Assembly: GCA_036405895.1 (NCBI GenBank)
Contig: DASWWS010000001.1
Coordinates: 244,468-308,467, forward strand
DNA: 64,000 nucleotides
Source: Minisyncoccota bacterium
GTDB lineage: Bacteria; Patescibacteriota; Minisyncoccia; Phycocordibacterales; UBA9973
Reading direction: 5' to 3'
Part shown: positions 9,302-17,797 of the stretch, piece by piece
How the letters are laid out: the number at the start of each line of letters is the position of its first letter
Numbering within the stretch: position 1 is the first letter of the stretch
The notes under the pieces: generated by a model
Seen by the model: the letters and a program-made list of their open reading frames with translations, nothing else
Told to the model about the DNA's origin: nothing
The model's database searches: none
Made by a program: the position numbers and the translations under genes

Positions 9302-9326
9302 AGAGTCTCTTTAAAAAAGAGACTCT
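9302..9326 (-). terminator. Intrinsic terminator downstream of 9335..9682
   Basis: agagtctcttt-aaa-aaagagactct hairpin with a T-tract following on the minus strand. Confidence 0.7.
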
Positions 9327-9334
9327 CATGATAA

Positions 9335-9682
9335 TCAGTTTGTGAATTTTTCAAGTGTTTGAAGAAATTGTTCAGTAATTTGATACTGTCCAGAATCATT
9401 CTTAGTAAGGTATCCAGACTTTAGTACTACAGTAGTACGCGGGACTGGTTTGCCTCCGTTTACAAGCGCTTCTAATACTCCGAGTTCGCTCTCGGTGACT
9501 AAGTGCCGGCAGAGAGATTTATAATCTTCCCATGTAAACGGAGTCCAAGCATCTTCATTGAGCTTCTGTTGAATAAAAATAATATTTTCAGAAATAGTCT
9601 CTGCTTCACTGCTGCGTAAAGCGCTTCCAACAAAGTCTCTTTTTCGAAAGCTTGCCGGGGTTATCTTTGTTATAAGGTTCAT
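9335..9682 (-). CDS. Hypothetical protein (ORFan)
   Basis: 115-aa ORF with its own TTGACT..TAGAGT promoter-like sequence and terminator. Confidence 0.7.
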   Translation of the reverse strand: MNLITKITPASFRKRDFVGSALRSSEAETISENIIFIQQKLNEDAWTPFTWEDYKSLCRHLVTESELGVLEALVNGGKPVPRTTVVLKSGYLTKNDSGQYQITEQFLQTLEKFTN

Positions 9683-9703
9683 TTTTTATATTTATTTTCC
9701 TTT

Positions 9704-9746
9704 ACTCTACCCTATTTCTTGACAAAGTCAAGGATAATGGTAATGT
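9704..9746. promoter_or_regulatory. Overlapping divergent sigma70-type promoters
   Basis: cttgac-aaa-gtcaag gives TTGACA (+, 9719) with TAATGT 16 nt later, and TTGACT (-) with TAGAGT 16 nt later. Confidence 0.6.
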
Positions 9747-9765
9747 AAAATAAAAAATAAGCGCT

Positions 9766-10152
9766 ATGGAGTATAGAAAAGGGTCTATGTGCAAGACTGA
9801 TCGGATTGAACACTTTATTGCTGTTCTCAATGAAGAAAAGCATTCCTGCAGCAATATGTATCAAGCATATGAGCACCTGGTTGAAAGGTTTCAGGAGATT
9901 GAACAGAAGTATTGCCCTGCAATGGAGGGCCGCATGCACTTTGGTGACTTTGAGAACTTTCTTTTTGTGAAGGAGTATTCGGTATATATGTGGGTTGCAG
10001 TGAGCCATGTCGTATTCATTCATGTGCATGGAGCGTATGGGGTGTATGAGAGAAACGACATATCCATTTTTCACAATAGAAATGTTCACACCTACAAAAA
10101 AGAAACTCCCCTTGTGTGTGTTGAAAACAGCTTAGGATACCCCTTGTGGTAA
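9766..10152 (+). CDS. Hypothetical protein (ORFan)
   Basis: 128-aa ORF with upstream promoter-like sequence and a downstream hairpin plus T-tract (~10160-10183). Confidence 0.65.
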   Translation: MEYRKGSMCKTDRIEHFIAVLNEEKHSCSNMYQAYEHLVERFQEIEQKYCPAMEGRMHFGDFENFLFVKEYSVYMWVAVSHVVFIHVHGAYGVYERNDISIFHNRNVHTYKKETPLVCVENSLGYPLW

Positions 10153-10201
10153 TGCAACAGCCTTCAGGAAACTGGGGGTTTTTATTTGGTATACTATACG
10201 T

Positions 10202-10453
10202 ATGATCCCTCCTGAAAACAGAGTATTACTGATCAAAAACCTCAAAGCCGGGTGGAATATCCGCCATGCGTGCGACCGTTCGCATATCAGCCGCTCGAGC
10301 TTGTATCAATACTATAAAAAAGACCCGGAGTTTAAGGCATTGGTACAAAAAACAATGCATACGTTTCTTGAGCGCAAAGAGAAAAAGGAAAAGCTCTCCG
10401 CCCGCCACGCCCTGATGAAAGACAAGCAAGCCGTGCGCAACCGCTTTAAATAA
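10202..10453 (+). CDS. Small helix-turn-helix protein (phBC6A51/terminase-small-subunit-like)
   Basis: NIRHACDRSHISRSSLYQYYKKDPEF HTH pattern; TATACT 6 nt before ATG. Confidence 0.7.
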   Translation: MIPPENRVLLIKNLKAGWNIRHACDRSHISRSSLYQYYKKDPEFKALVQKTMHTFLERKEKKEKLSARHALMKDKQAVRNRFK

Positions 10454-10466
10454 TTGACACTTTCCT

Positions 10467-10721
10467 CTAGCGAGCTACTATAATAGATGAAGCAATAACA
10501 TACGAAAGGATGGATAGTTCAATCAAGCAAGGCACCCCTATCGACATAGGCGCCAAAGCACTTGTTAGTTCCTTGGAATAGGCCAAGGGGAAACCAAAAG
10601 ATGTTCCATAGATAGTATGTACAATTATAATGGCCATGCCCACGCAATGAGTAAAGGTGCCTATCCTATAGTGTTCGCTGTATACCGCTCCTGCATCTGC
10701 GAAATACGCCATTGCGGTCAT
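10467..10721 (-). CDS. Possible small hydrophobic protein (doubtful)
   Basis: 84-aa ORF, but the promoter and terminator in this interval point to + strand transcription. Confidence 0.3.
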   Translation of the reverse strand: MTAMAYFADAGAVYSEHYRIGTFTHCVGMAIIIVHTIYGTSFGFPLAYSKELTSALAPMSIGVPCLIELSILSYVIASSIIVAR

Positions 10722-10737
10722 TACCCTCTCAACATTT

Positions 10738-10765
10738 AAAAGCCTCCATTAGTGGAGGCTTTTTT
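10738..10765 (+). terminator. Intrinsic terminator
   Basis: aaaagcctcca-ttag-tggaggctttttt. Confidence 0.75.
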
Positions 10766-10832
10766 GAATCCCTAACGCATTGACATTGCAGGGCTTTCAG
10801 ATAAAGTAGAGAAAACTTAAACTCTTAGCACC

Positions 10833-11327
10833 ATGCCAATAAAAGGAATAGTGAGCGCCATTGCTCCGGAACAACGAATTGAGAATCTGTCCTTAGGGGA
10901 AGAAGCCTATCTCGATGCATTCAGCCTTACTGTTACAGAAAGAGCGATATTTATCGATAGAGCCGCATTTGTAATACTGAAGAAGCATCTTGATGAGAAT
11001 GAAGAAAATCTTTTTGATGACCACATTTTAGTAAAACGAATCGGAAAAGGGCTGACCGAGCACGACTTCGAGCTCGACATGACCGTTATTCCGGAGTATG
11101 ACTTTACTCTCGATGACAGCGCTACATATGTTGACCTTATGAGGCACAAAGACAATCATATTATCTTCTATGACTTTGAGCTTGAGAAATTGACTAACTT
11201 TCGCAGTAAAGAAACGGAACCTGCCGAAGAAAACCTTGAAGAACAATTAAGGGAAGCGGTAGAAAAGCAAGATTTCGAAAAGGCCACTATTCTTCGGGAG
11301 AAAATAAAAAACAACAGTAAAAAATAA
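10833..11327 (+). CDS. Hypothetical protein with C-terminal UvrB/UvrC (UVR) motif
   Basis: LEEQLREAVEKQDFEKATILREKIK; TTGACA at 10780 upstream. Confidence 0.75.
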   Translation: MPIKGIVSAIAPEQRIENLSLGEEAYLDAFSLTVTERAIFIDRAAFVILKKHLDENEENLFDDHILVKRIGKGLTEHDFELDMTVIPEYDFTLDDSATYVDLMRHKDNHIIFYDFELEKLTNFRSKETEPAEENLEEQLREAVEKQDFEKATILREKIKNNSKK

Positions 11328-11370
11328 CTAAAAACCTGGCATACGTCCAGGTTTTTTATATACTGGGCGT

Positions 11371-11883
11371 ATGAAGAAGCTACCCCTCTCATTTTTTGCC
11401 CGCCCCGCCCTTATTGTCGCAAAAGAGCTGATTGGCACGTATATCACCCTTCGTTCAGGTGGAAAAATTGAGCGCTATAAAATCACAGAAACCGAAGCGT
11501 ATGTTGGACCGCACGATCTTGCCTCACACTCTTCTAAGGGGCGCACCAAGCGCACAGAGGTCATGTATGCGGCTCCCAGCACTATATACATCTATCTTAT
11601 CTACGGCATGTACTACATGCTCAATATCGTCACTGACGAAAAGGACTATCCCGCTGCCGTGCTTATCCGAGGAATCGAAGAAATAAATGGACCTGGAAAA
11701 CTGACAAAACAATTAGGGATTGATAAGCGGCTTAATGGAATAATGCTTGGCGCAAAAAGCGGCATATGGATTGAAAAGGACGAGTCTGCTCCCCTTCCTA
11801 AAATAATAAAAACTCCTCGCATTGGAGTGAATTATGCTGGACCCATTTGGGCCGAGAAAAAATACCGCTTCTTAGCGAAATAG
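11371..11883 (+). CDS. mpg: DNA-3-methyladenine glycosylase (MPG/AAG family)
   Basis: ITETEAYVG..DLASH, YIYLIYGMY..LNIV, AVLIRG, GPGKL, PRIGV. Confidence 0.93.
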   Translation: MKKLPLSFFARPALIVAKELIGTYITLRSGGKIERYKITETEAYVGPHDLASHSSKGRTKRTEVMYAAPSTIYIYLIYGMYYMLNIVTDEKDYPAAVLIRGIEEINGPGKLTKQLGIDKRLNGIMLGAKSGIWIEKDESAPLPKIIKTPRIGVNYAGPIWAEKKYRFLAK

Positions 11884-11884
11884 A

Positions 11885-12331
11885 TTACCGAGGTTTTTTA
11901 ATCGATCCGAGTATTCGCGCAATAATGCGTTCGATTGCGCTGAGCGTGAGGAATAGCGCGATCACAAATGTTGGCGTTGGCCACAGTGCATACGAATATA
12001 TAAGGACAGCGGAAAGCCATACCCCTGTACAGCTTGGGCAATAGATAAGAAGCCCCATTGCACCCTTAAAACCACTCTTCTTCGGTTCCTCTGTTGGTAC
12101 GCCGTCTTTGACGACCTCCTTCACAAACGGCGCGCGAATGGGCTTGGTGATAGCTTCATTGGAAAGAATATTTGCTGCTCTATATGCTGCAAACCCAAGG
12201 ATAATAAGATGAAAAGCAGTGATATCTTTTAAACTTTCTAATGCATCATTGAAGAAATACAATAAGACTGCGTTGATAAGAATAAACACCGCCATATCAA
12301 TGGTGAGCCACTTGTATAGTTTTTGCTTCAT
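11885..12331 (-). CDS. DUF1360-like membrane protein
   Basis: AAYR....S.EAITKPIRAPF and L..CPSCTGVW motifs. Confidence 0.75.
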   Translation of the reverse strand: MKQKLYKWLTIDMAVFILINAVLLYFFNDALESLKDITAFHLIILGFAAYRAANILSNEAITKPIRAPFVKEVVKDGVPTEEPKKSGFKGAMGLLIYCPSCTGVWLSAVLIYSYALWPTPTFVIALFLTLSAIERIIARILGSIKKPR

Positions 12332-12807
12332 TATGCTATTTCTATTCGCTCTATTGTAATCGCTTCAACGGGCCGGTCGGCTGCATTGGTGGGCGCCATC
12401 TCAATTGCGGTGACGACATCCATCCCTTCGGTTACTTTTCCAAATACCGTGTGCTTTTCATTGAGGAAAATATTGTCGTTGCAGTTGATGAAAAACTGGC
12501 TGCCATTGGTGTTGGGTCCTGAGTTTGCCATAGAGATTGTTCCTTCGAGGTTGTTGTTCGCACCAGTAATTTCGTCGGCAAACTTGTAGCCCGGGTCCCC
12601 GGTCCCCCATAGTGGCATCTTGGTATCGTCTTTGGTCAACGGGTCGCCTCCCTGAATCATAAATCCGCTGATGACGCGATGGAACTTGGTGCTGTTGTAA
12701 AATCCTTCTCCCGCGAGCTTAGTAAAGTTTGCGACTGTGTTTGGTGTTTGGGTGTCGAACAATTCAATTACAATGGTTCCTTTTGATGTATATACTGTTG
12801 CTTTCAT
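12331..12807 (-). CDS. Cyclophilin-type peptidyl-prolyl cis-trans isomerase
   Basis: FHRVISGFMIQGGDP, SMANSGPNTNGSQFFI, HTVFGKV. Confidence 0.96.
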   Translation of the reverse strand: MKATVYTSKGTIVIELFDTQTPNTVANFTKLAGEGFYNSTKFHRVISGFMIQGGDPLTKDDTKMPLWGTGDPGYKFADEITGANNNLEGTISMANSGPNTNGSQFFINCNDNIFLNEKHTVFGKVTEGMDVVTAIEMAPTNAADRPVEAITIERIEIA

Positions 12808-12821
12808 ATACAGAGTATACC

Positions 12822-13067
12822 CTATACGATTATCGCATCAATCCGTGCTATTAGTTGGTGATCTTTTTCTGTAATCGTATTGCCCTTGTCATGGGTTGTA
12901 GTAGAGGTAGTAACAGTATTGTAGTTTTGGATTGAGATGTCGGGGTGGTGCTGCAGCTCTTGTGCAATTGCACCTACGTGGTTCACAAATGCCAGGGCTT
13001 CGGCAAAGTCGGCAAAAGTGAATGTTTTTACCAAGGTGTTGTTTTCTTCATTCCAGTTAGTATTCAT
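12822..13067 (-). CDS. phhB: Pterin-4a-carbinolamine dehydratase
   Basis: F.DF.EALAFVN.VG.IA....HHPDI...TTHD; start placed at the Met 6 nt after TATACT. Confidence 0.88.
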   Translation of the reverse strand: MNTNWNEENNTLVKTFTFADFAEALAFVNHVGAIAQELQHHPDISIQNYNTVTTSTTTHDKGNTITEKDHQLIARIDAIIV

Positions 13068-13189
13068 GATTTCAGTATACTCTTTTATCAATATTTACTC
13101 CCCTTTTGTGGAATGCTATAGTCGAGGAAAGAAATCTATTGCCGCGGCGGATAATAGATACTGTTGTTTACCACCTAACCCTGATCCTC

Positions 13190-13798
13190 ATGAATACTTG
13201 TACTGATGCAGAACTTATTGAGAAATACCGATACTACAATGACGGCGCAGCCTTCCTTGAATTGATGGATCGCTATAAAAACGGTTTGATGAACGCTCTT
13301 ATAATGAGAGTTGGTAGTGATATCGATAGCGCAAAAGACTTGCTGCAGGATGTGTACGTTAAACTCTTGCAAGAGCTATCGATAGAAGGAAGGTATACGG
13401 AGCGCGGAAATTTTGGAGGATATGCGTACCGCATTACTCTTAATCACTTCAACACCTATTGGAGAAGAAGCGGGCGCCATACGGCTGATTCTCTTGATGA
13501 AATGCAGGAGATGGGTAATTTTTTTGAATGCTCGCTTCCGCACTCAATGGTGGGACCAGAAGCTATGCTCATAATCAAAGAGACATACCGGATTGTGCAA
13601 ATCTTTATTGAAAAACTGCCAGAGCATTTTCGGACCATAGTGATGATGCGATACTATGAAGGATTACAGTATAACGAAATCGCAACAGAGTTAAAAATTC
13701 CATTAGGTACTGTTAAAACAAGAATTTTTTTATTCCGTCAACGGCTAGAGAATGCAATGAATGAACTACACGCAGAATCCTCGCTGCTGAGCGCATAG
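13190..13798 (+). CDS. ECF-type sigma-70 factor
   Basis: TDAELI, AKDLLQDVYVK (region 2), LPEHFR..MRYYEGLQYNEIATELKIPLGTVKTRI (region 4); start at Met 13190; terminator at ~13801-13832. Confidence 0.9.
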   Translation: MNTCTDAELIEKYRYYNDGAAFLELMDRYKNGLMNALIMRVGSDIDSAKDLLQDVYVKLLQELSIEGRYTERGNFGGYAYRITLNHFNTYWRRSGRHTADSLDEMQEMGNFFECSLPHSMVGPEAMLIIKETYRIVQIFIEKLPEHFRTIVMMRYYEGLQYNEIATELKIPLGTVKTRIFLFRQRLENAMNELHAESSLLSA

Positions 13799-13928
13799 GC
13801 AAAAGCCCCTCCAAAAATGGAAGGGCTTTTTTATTTTTGAGATTACAACTTCCTAACCCTTGCCGCTTACAACTTCTTGAGCTCCTCTTGTTTCATTGTA
13901 TGCAACGTTTCCGTGAGAGAAGTAAGCG

Positions 13929-13957
13929 TTGACAAAAATTAAAAACAGTTTTATTGT
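13929..13957 (+). promoter_or_regulatory. Sigma70-type promoter
   Basis: TTGACA-17 nt-TATTGT upstream of 13976. Confidence 0.6.
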
Positions 13958-13975
13958 ACAGAAAAAAGAAATGTA

Positions 13976-14278
13976 ATGGGAGAAGAAAAAAAAGAGCCAA
14001 TACCCTTGGATTTTCCAGAGGAGCTCTATATCCTTGAAAATTCTGGAAGAATAGCATTGCGCAAAATCATAGAAAAAGGGCGCATGGACACAGATCAGTA
14101 TTACAAGATAATACCGAAAGAAATGCATACTATACCTCAAAGGTTTTTGTACATAGTAGGGATTATTGCAGTATATCTTAATAGATATGGAGTTATTGTA
14201 GAGCGCCCTATTGTATCTCAGCTTGCATTAGGGTCAATTTCAAGTTCTGCAAAAAACGGATTTCGAGATCGTGACTAA
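13976..14278 (+). CDS. Hypothetical protein (ORFan)
   Basis: 100-aa AT-rich ORF with own promoter and downstream hairpin. Confidence 0.65.
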   Translation: MGEEKKEPIPLDFPEELYILENSGRIALRKIIEKGRMDTDQYYKIIPKEMHTIPQRFLYIVGIIAVYLNRYGVIVERPIVSQLALGSISSSAKNGFRDRD

Positions 14279-14326
14279 TCTTTGGTTAAAAAGGCATCCA
14301 TTCACTTAAAAAGTGGATGGATTTTT

Positions 14327-15574
14327 TTATGCATTGCTTCCCGCGATATATCCGCTGGTCCAACACAGCTGAAGAGAGAACCCGCCGGAGGGGCGCGTGA
14401 TATGAAGCAGGTCGCCAGTAACAAACATATTATCTACCACTTTCGACTTGAATGTTTTCATGTCGATTTCGGTCAGAGGTACTCCGCCGTCTGCAACCAC
14501 TGCGCGGTCATAACCCATTAGTCCGGTGATTGTTATCGGAAGCGCTTTGAGAAGGTTCAGAAGTTGTTTGCGGTCCTCTTTTGTCACGCTGTGCACTTTT
14601 GTGTCTGGAGCAAGCGTTGGCAGAAGCGAGAAGAAGGTAGGAATCATTCCATGAGGCACAATATCATCAAAAATATTCTTCACGTTCTTGTTTTTGTTCG
14701 CATCAAACGTTGCAATAATTTTTTGCTCGAGTGCTGCATGGTCGGTGTCCGGGTAGCAGTCAATAGTGGCTGTCACCAAGCCGTCGTGGAGCAAATCCCC
14801 CACTTTGCCGGCTGAGTTTAAGATAAGTGGCCCCGAAAGCCCGAAGTGTGTGAACAAGAGCTTTCCTGTTTTTGAAAATGATTTCTTGCCATCCGTAAAA
14901 AATGTAATCTTCATAAATGAAAGCGATACTCCAGCGAGCGCATGGACCCAACGCTCTTTTATAGCAAGTGGAACGATTGTTGGTGTTGGTTCTGCAACAG
15001 TGTGCCCCAAGTTTTTCAGCCATGCAAAACCGTCTCCAGTAGAACCGGTTTCTGGGTGTGACATTCCGCCGGTTGCAATGATGTATGCGCTAGCCGTGTA
15101 CGTTCCGGTGGTAGTCACAATGCCCTGTATATGCCCCTCCATACCCTCTTTTCGGGCGTCTATACGAGTGACTGGAGAATTGGTGAGGATTGTTACATTT
15201 CCGGCTTTTATGTAGCGCTCAAGCGCTTTAAATACATCGAGCGCCTTCTCTGTTGCCGGGAATGCACGCTTACGGGCTTGGACCACAATTGGCAGTCCCA
15301 ATTCTTCAAAAAACGCCACTGTTTCCGGTACGCCAAAGGTGGCAAATGGTGAATATAAAAACTGCTCGGCTTTTCCATAGTTTGCCATAAATGCGCGAAT
15401 GTCCTCTTCGGCATTCGTGATATTGCAGCGTCCGCCGCCGGTGATTTTGAGCTTTTCGCCAAGCGCACGATTTTTTTCGATGATGAGCACTTTCTTACCA
15501 AGGCTTGCAGCCCGCCCTGCCGCCATCATTCCGCTTGCTCCCCCGCCGACAACTATAACGTCGTAGTGATTCAT
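14327..15574 (-). CDS. HI0933/YhiN (BaiN-like) flavoprotein
   Basis: GGGASGMMAA, GEKLKITGGGRCNITN, ATGGMSHPETGSTGDG, FTHFGLSGP, GGFSLQ. Confidence 0.93.
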   Translation of the reverse strand: MNHYDVIVVGGGASGMMAAGRAASLGKKVLIIEKNRALGEKLKITGGGRCNITNAEEDIRAFMANYGKAEQFLYSPFATFGVPETVAFFEELGLPIVVQARKRAFPATEKALDVFKALERYIKAGNVTILTNSPVTRIDARKEGMEGHIQGIVTTTGTYTASAYIIATGGMSHPETGSTGDGFAWLKNLGHTVAEPTPTIVPLAIKERWVHALAGVSLSFMKITFFTDGKKSFSKTGKLLFTHFGLSGPLILNSAGKVGDLLHDGLVTATIDCYPDTDHAALEQKIIATFDANKNKNVKNIFDDIVPHGMIPTFFSLLPTLAPDTKVHSVTKEDRKQLLNLLKALPITITGLMGYDRAVVADGGVPLTEIDMKTFKSKVVDNMFVTGDLLHITRPSGGFSLQLCWTSGYIAGSNA

Positions 15575-15661
15575 TGTTTATCAGTATACGGATTTTATTG
15601 ACAAAATCAAGTTAGAGTGGTAATTTGATGGAAATACACTGTTGCAAATAAAACACTTAGT

Positions 15662-15892
15662 ATGGAAGAAACTGAAATAAGTATTCCTCCCTCTAAGGAA
15701 TACGTATGCGATAAAATTGCTTATTATTGTAAAAAAGTTGCGAACGAAGCGTTGAAAACAATACGGGAAATGGAGCAAGATCATAAAAAGCCTGTCAGGT
15801 CATATGAGTGTGAAAAATGCAGTCAGTGGCATCTGACATCCATACCCTACGAAACATGGAAAGAGATGAAGCGAAAAGCAGTCAAAGTTTGA
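15662..15892 (+). CDS. Small Zn-ribbon-like protein (Y-x-C-x2-C-x2-WHLTS)
   Basis: RSYECEKCSQWHLTS; TTGACA(15598)-17 nt-TAATTT upstream. Confidence 0.7.
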   Translation: MEETEISIPPSKEYVCDKIAYYCKKVANEALKTIREMEQDHKKPVRSYECEKCSQWHLTSIPYETWKEMKRKAVKV

Positions 15893-15899
15893 CTGCTTT

Positions 15900-17372
15900 T
15901 TATTTATCCAAGTCCAATACTTCGTCGATGCGAATTTGTGAGACAAACTCTGGCACGTGAGAGACAAGGATCATCGCGCCTGCATACATGCTCAAAGCTT
16001 TTGCAATAATTGGCAGGTGGCGGAAGTTGATGTGGTTCGTCGGCTCGTCGAGAATAAGGAGGCCTGGTTCAAGCAACACAAGGGTTCCAAATGCCACCAT
16101 CCCCTTCTGCCCTTCTGAAAGGCTTCCGATTTTTGTATTGATGATGTCACTGGTGATAAGGAAGTTTGCCGCAACACTTCGGATGCGCTCTTCGTTGGGG
16201 CGATTGCCGGATGCTGCCATGGCTTTTTTAAATGCCTCATACGCCGTGTCATTGAAGTCGAGCGTTGAGAAGTCCTGGCGGTAGTAGCCAACGCGCACGC
16301 CTGCTCCTATCTTTGCACCCTTTGCCGTTCCGGTTGCGAGCGACTCAAGCAGTGTGCTTTTGCCAATACCGTTTGGCCCGCGAAGTTGAAGGTGCTGATT
16401 TTTGCGCAATGTAAGGTTTGCGGTGCGCTCAGTCACCTTGTGGTTCTTCATCACGGTGAACGAATCAATCGACATTATCACGCCCACAGTGTCGCTTTGC
16501 ACCGGAATAGCGAACTGACGGATGGTTTTGTCCTCTTTTCGTACATCCACAATATCTTCTTCAAGCTCTTCTGCCTTTTCGCGCATTTTTTTTGCAACCA
16601 AACGCATCTGCCCTCCTTTATACGCAAACTGGTTAGCTTTTGCTTTCTTTGCCTGAATCTCTTTTGCGAGCTGGGCGTTTTTCATATTTTCCTTTTCAAT
16701 ACGAATAGAAATTTCTTTGACTACGTCATTGTAGTTGCCGACATACTGCTCGATTTTTTTGGAATAGATGTCGAGGTATAGCACACCTTCTGTAAACGCA
16801 TTCAAAAACTCCGCGTCATGGGAAATAACGATAACTGTTTTCTTGTACTCCACCAAAAACTTGGTGAGGTGGTCGATCCCTGCATGGTCGAGGTTGTTGG
16901 TTGGCTCGTCGAGCAAGAGAATGTCTGGGTCTTGAATGAGTGCTGCTGCAAGAAGGAGACGTGCTTGTTGGCCGCCTGAGAATGAATCGATGGTGCGAGT
17001 ATAAATATCCTTGTGCCCGGTGAGGTTCACCACGTCGAGCACCGCATCAATGCGCGGGTCGATATCGTACACTTTCTCTTTGAAGCAGTTTTCAAAATAT
17101 TCGCGCACCGTGAATTTCATTTGCTCGCGCGGCATTACCTGGAGTCCTGTTGCAATAGTAGTTCCCTTTTCGATAACCACCTTTCCGTCTTCAGGCTTGT
17201 ATGCACCCGTGATGAGATTGAAGATAGTACTCTTGCCGGCTCCGTTTTGCCCCATGAGCGTGATCTTGCTCCCTCGGCGCACAGAAAGGCTGACCTCCTG
17301 CAAAATAGGCTTTGTTGCGCTGTATTCGAACGACACATTGTCGAAACGGATGATAGTGTCGGCTTTTGACAT
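15900..17372 (-). CDS. ABC-F family ATPase (two NBDs, no TM)
   Basis: GQNGAGKST / FSGGQ / LLLDEPTNNLD and GPNGIGKST / LSEGQ / ILDEPTNH; start MSKADT at 17372. Confidence 0.92.
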   Translation of the reverse strand: MSKADTIIRFDNVSFEYSATKPILQEVSLSVRRGSKITLMGQNGAGKSTIFNLITGAYKPEDGKVVIEKGTTIATGLQVMPREQMKFTVREYFENCFKEKVYDIDPRIDAVLDVVNLTGHKDIYTRTIDSFSGGQQARLLLAAALIQDPDILLLDEPTNNLDHAGIDHLTKFLVEYKKTVIVISHDAEFLNAFTEGVLYLDIYSKKIEQYVGNYNDVVKEISIRIEKENMKNAQLAKEIQAKKAKANQFAYKGGQMRLVAKKMREKAEELEEDIVDVRKEDKTIRQFAIPVQSDTVGVIMSIDSFTVMKNHKVTERTANLTLRKNQHLQLRGPNGIGKSTLLESLATGTAKGAKIGAGVRVGYYRQDFSTLDFNDTAYEAFKKAMAASGNRPNEERIRSVAANFLITSDIINTKIGSLSEGQKGMVAFGTLVLLEPGLLILDEPTNHINFRHLPIIAKALSMYAGAMILVSHVPEFVSQIRIDEVLDLDK

Positions 17373-17402
17373 CGGTACACTATAACACAAGTTATCCACA
17401 TA

Positions 17403-17423
17403 GTACCTTGCATTGCATAGTAC
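17403..17423. promoter_or_regulatory. Probable PadR-family operator
   Basis: gtaccttgca-t-tgcatagtac (8/10 inverted match) immediately upstream of the padR-pspC pair. Confidence 0.65.
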
Positions 17424-17454
17424 TGTGTGAAATACTGTAACTATGGTTATCAGA

Positions 17455-17793
17455 ATGAAAGAAGATATTGATACGGCACGCGCGCAAATGCGCAAAGGAA
17501 TGCTCGAGTTCTGCACGCTTTTAATTATTGAAAAAGATACAGCGTACGTCTCGGACATTCTCAAAGAATTAAAAATAGCGGACTTGATAGTGGTTGAAGG
17601 CACGCTCTATCCCCTCCTCAGTAGGCTCAAGAGCGAAGGACTACTGGAATACTCCTGGCAAGAGTCAAAGTCAGGCCCTCCTCGCAAATACTACTCGCTC
17701 ACTGATGCTGGGAAGAAGACCCTCGCTCAATTAAAAACCGTTTGGAAAACACTCACCACCTCTATTAATTCCCTTATTACCGATATAGACTAA
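17455..17793 (+). CDS. PadR family transcriptional regulator
   Basis: QMRKGMLE...EGTLYPLLSRL...GPPRKYYSLT; start 17443 or 17455. Confidence 0.93.
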   Translation: MKEDIDTARAQMRKGMLEFCTLLIIEKDTAYVSDILKELKIADLIVVEGTLYPLLSRLKSEGLLEYSWQESKSGPPRKYYSLTDAGKKTLAQLKTVWKTLTTSINSLITDID

Positions 17794-17797
17794 TACT

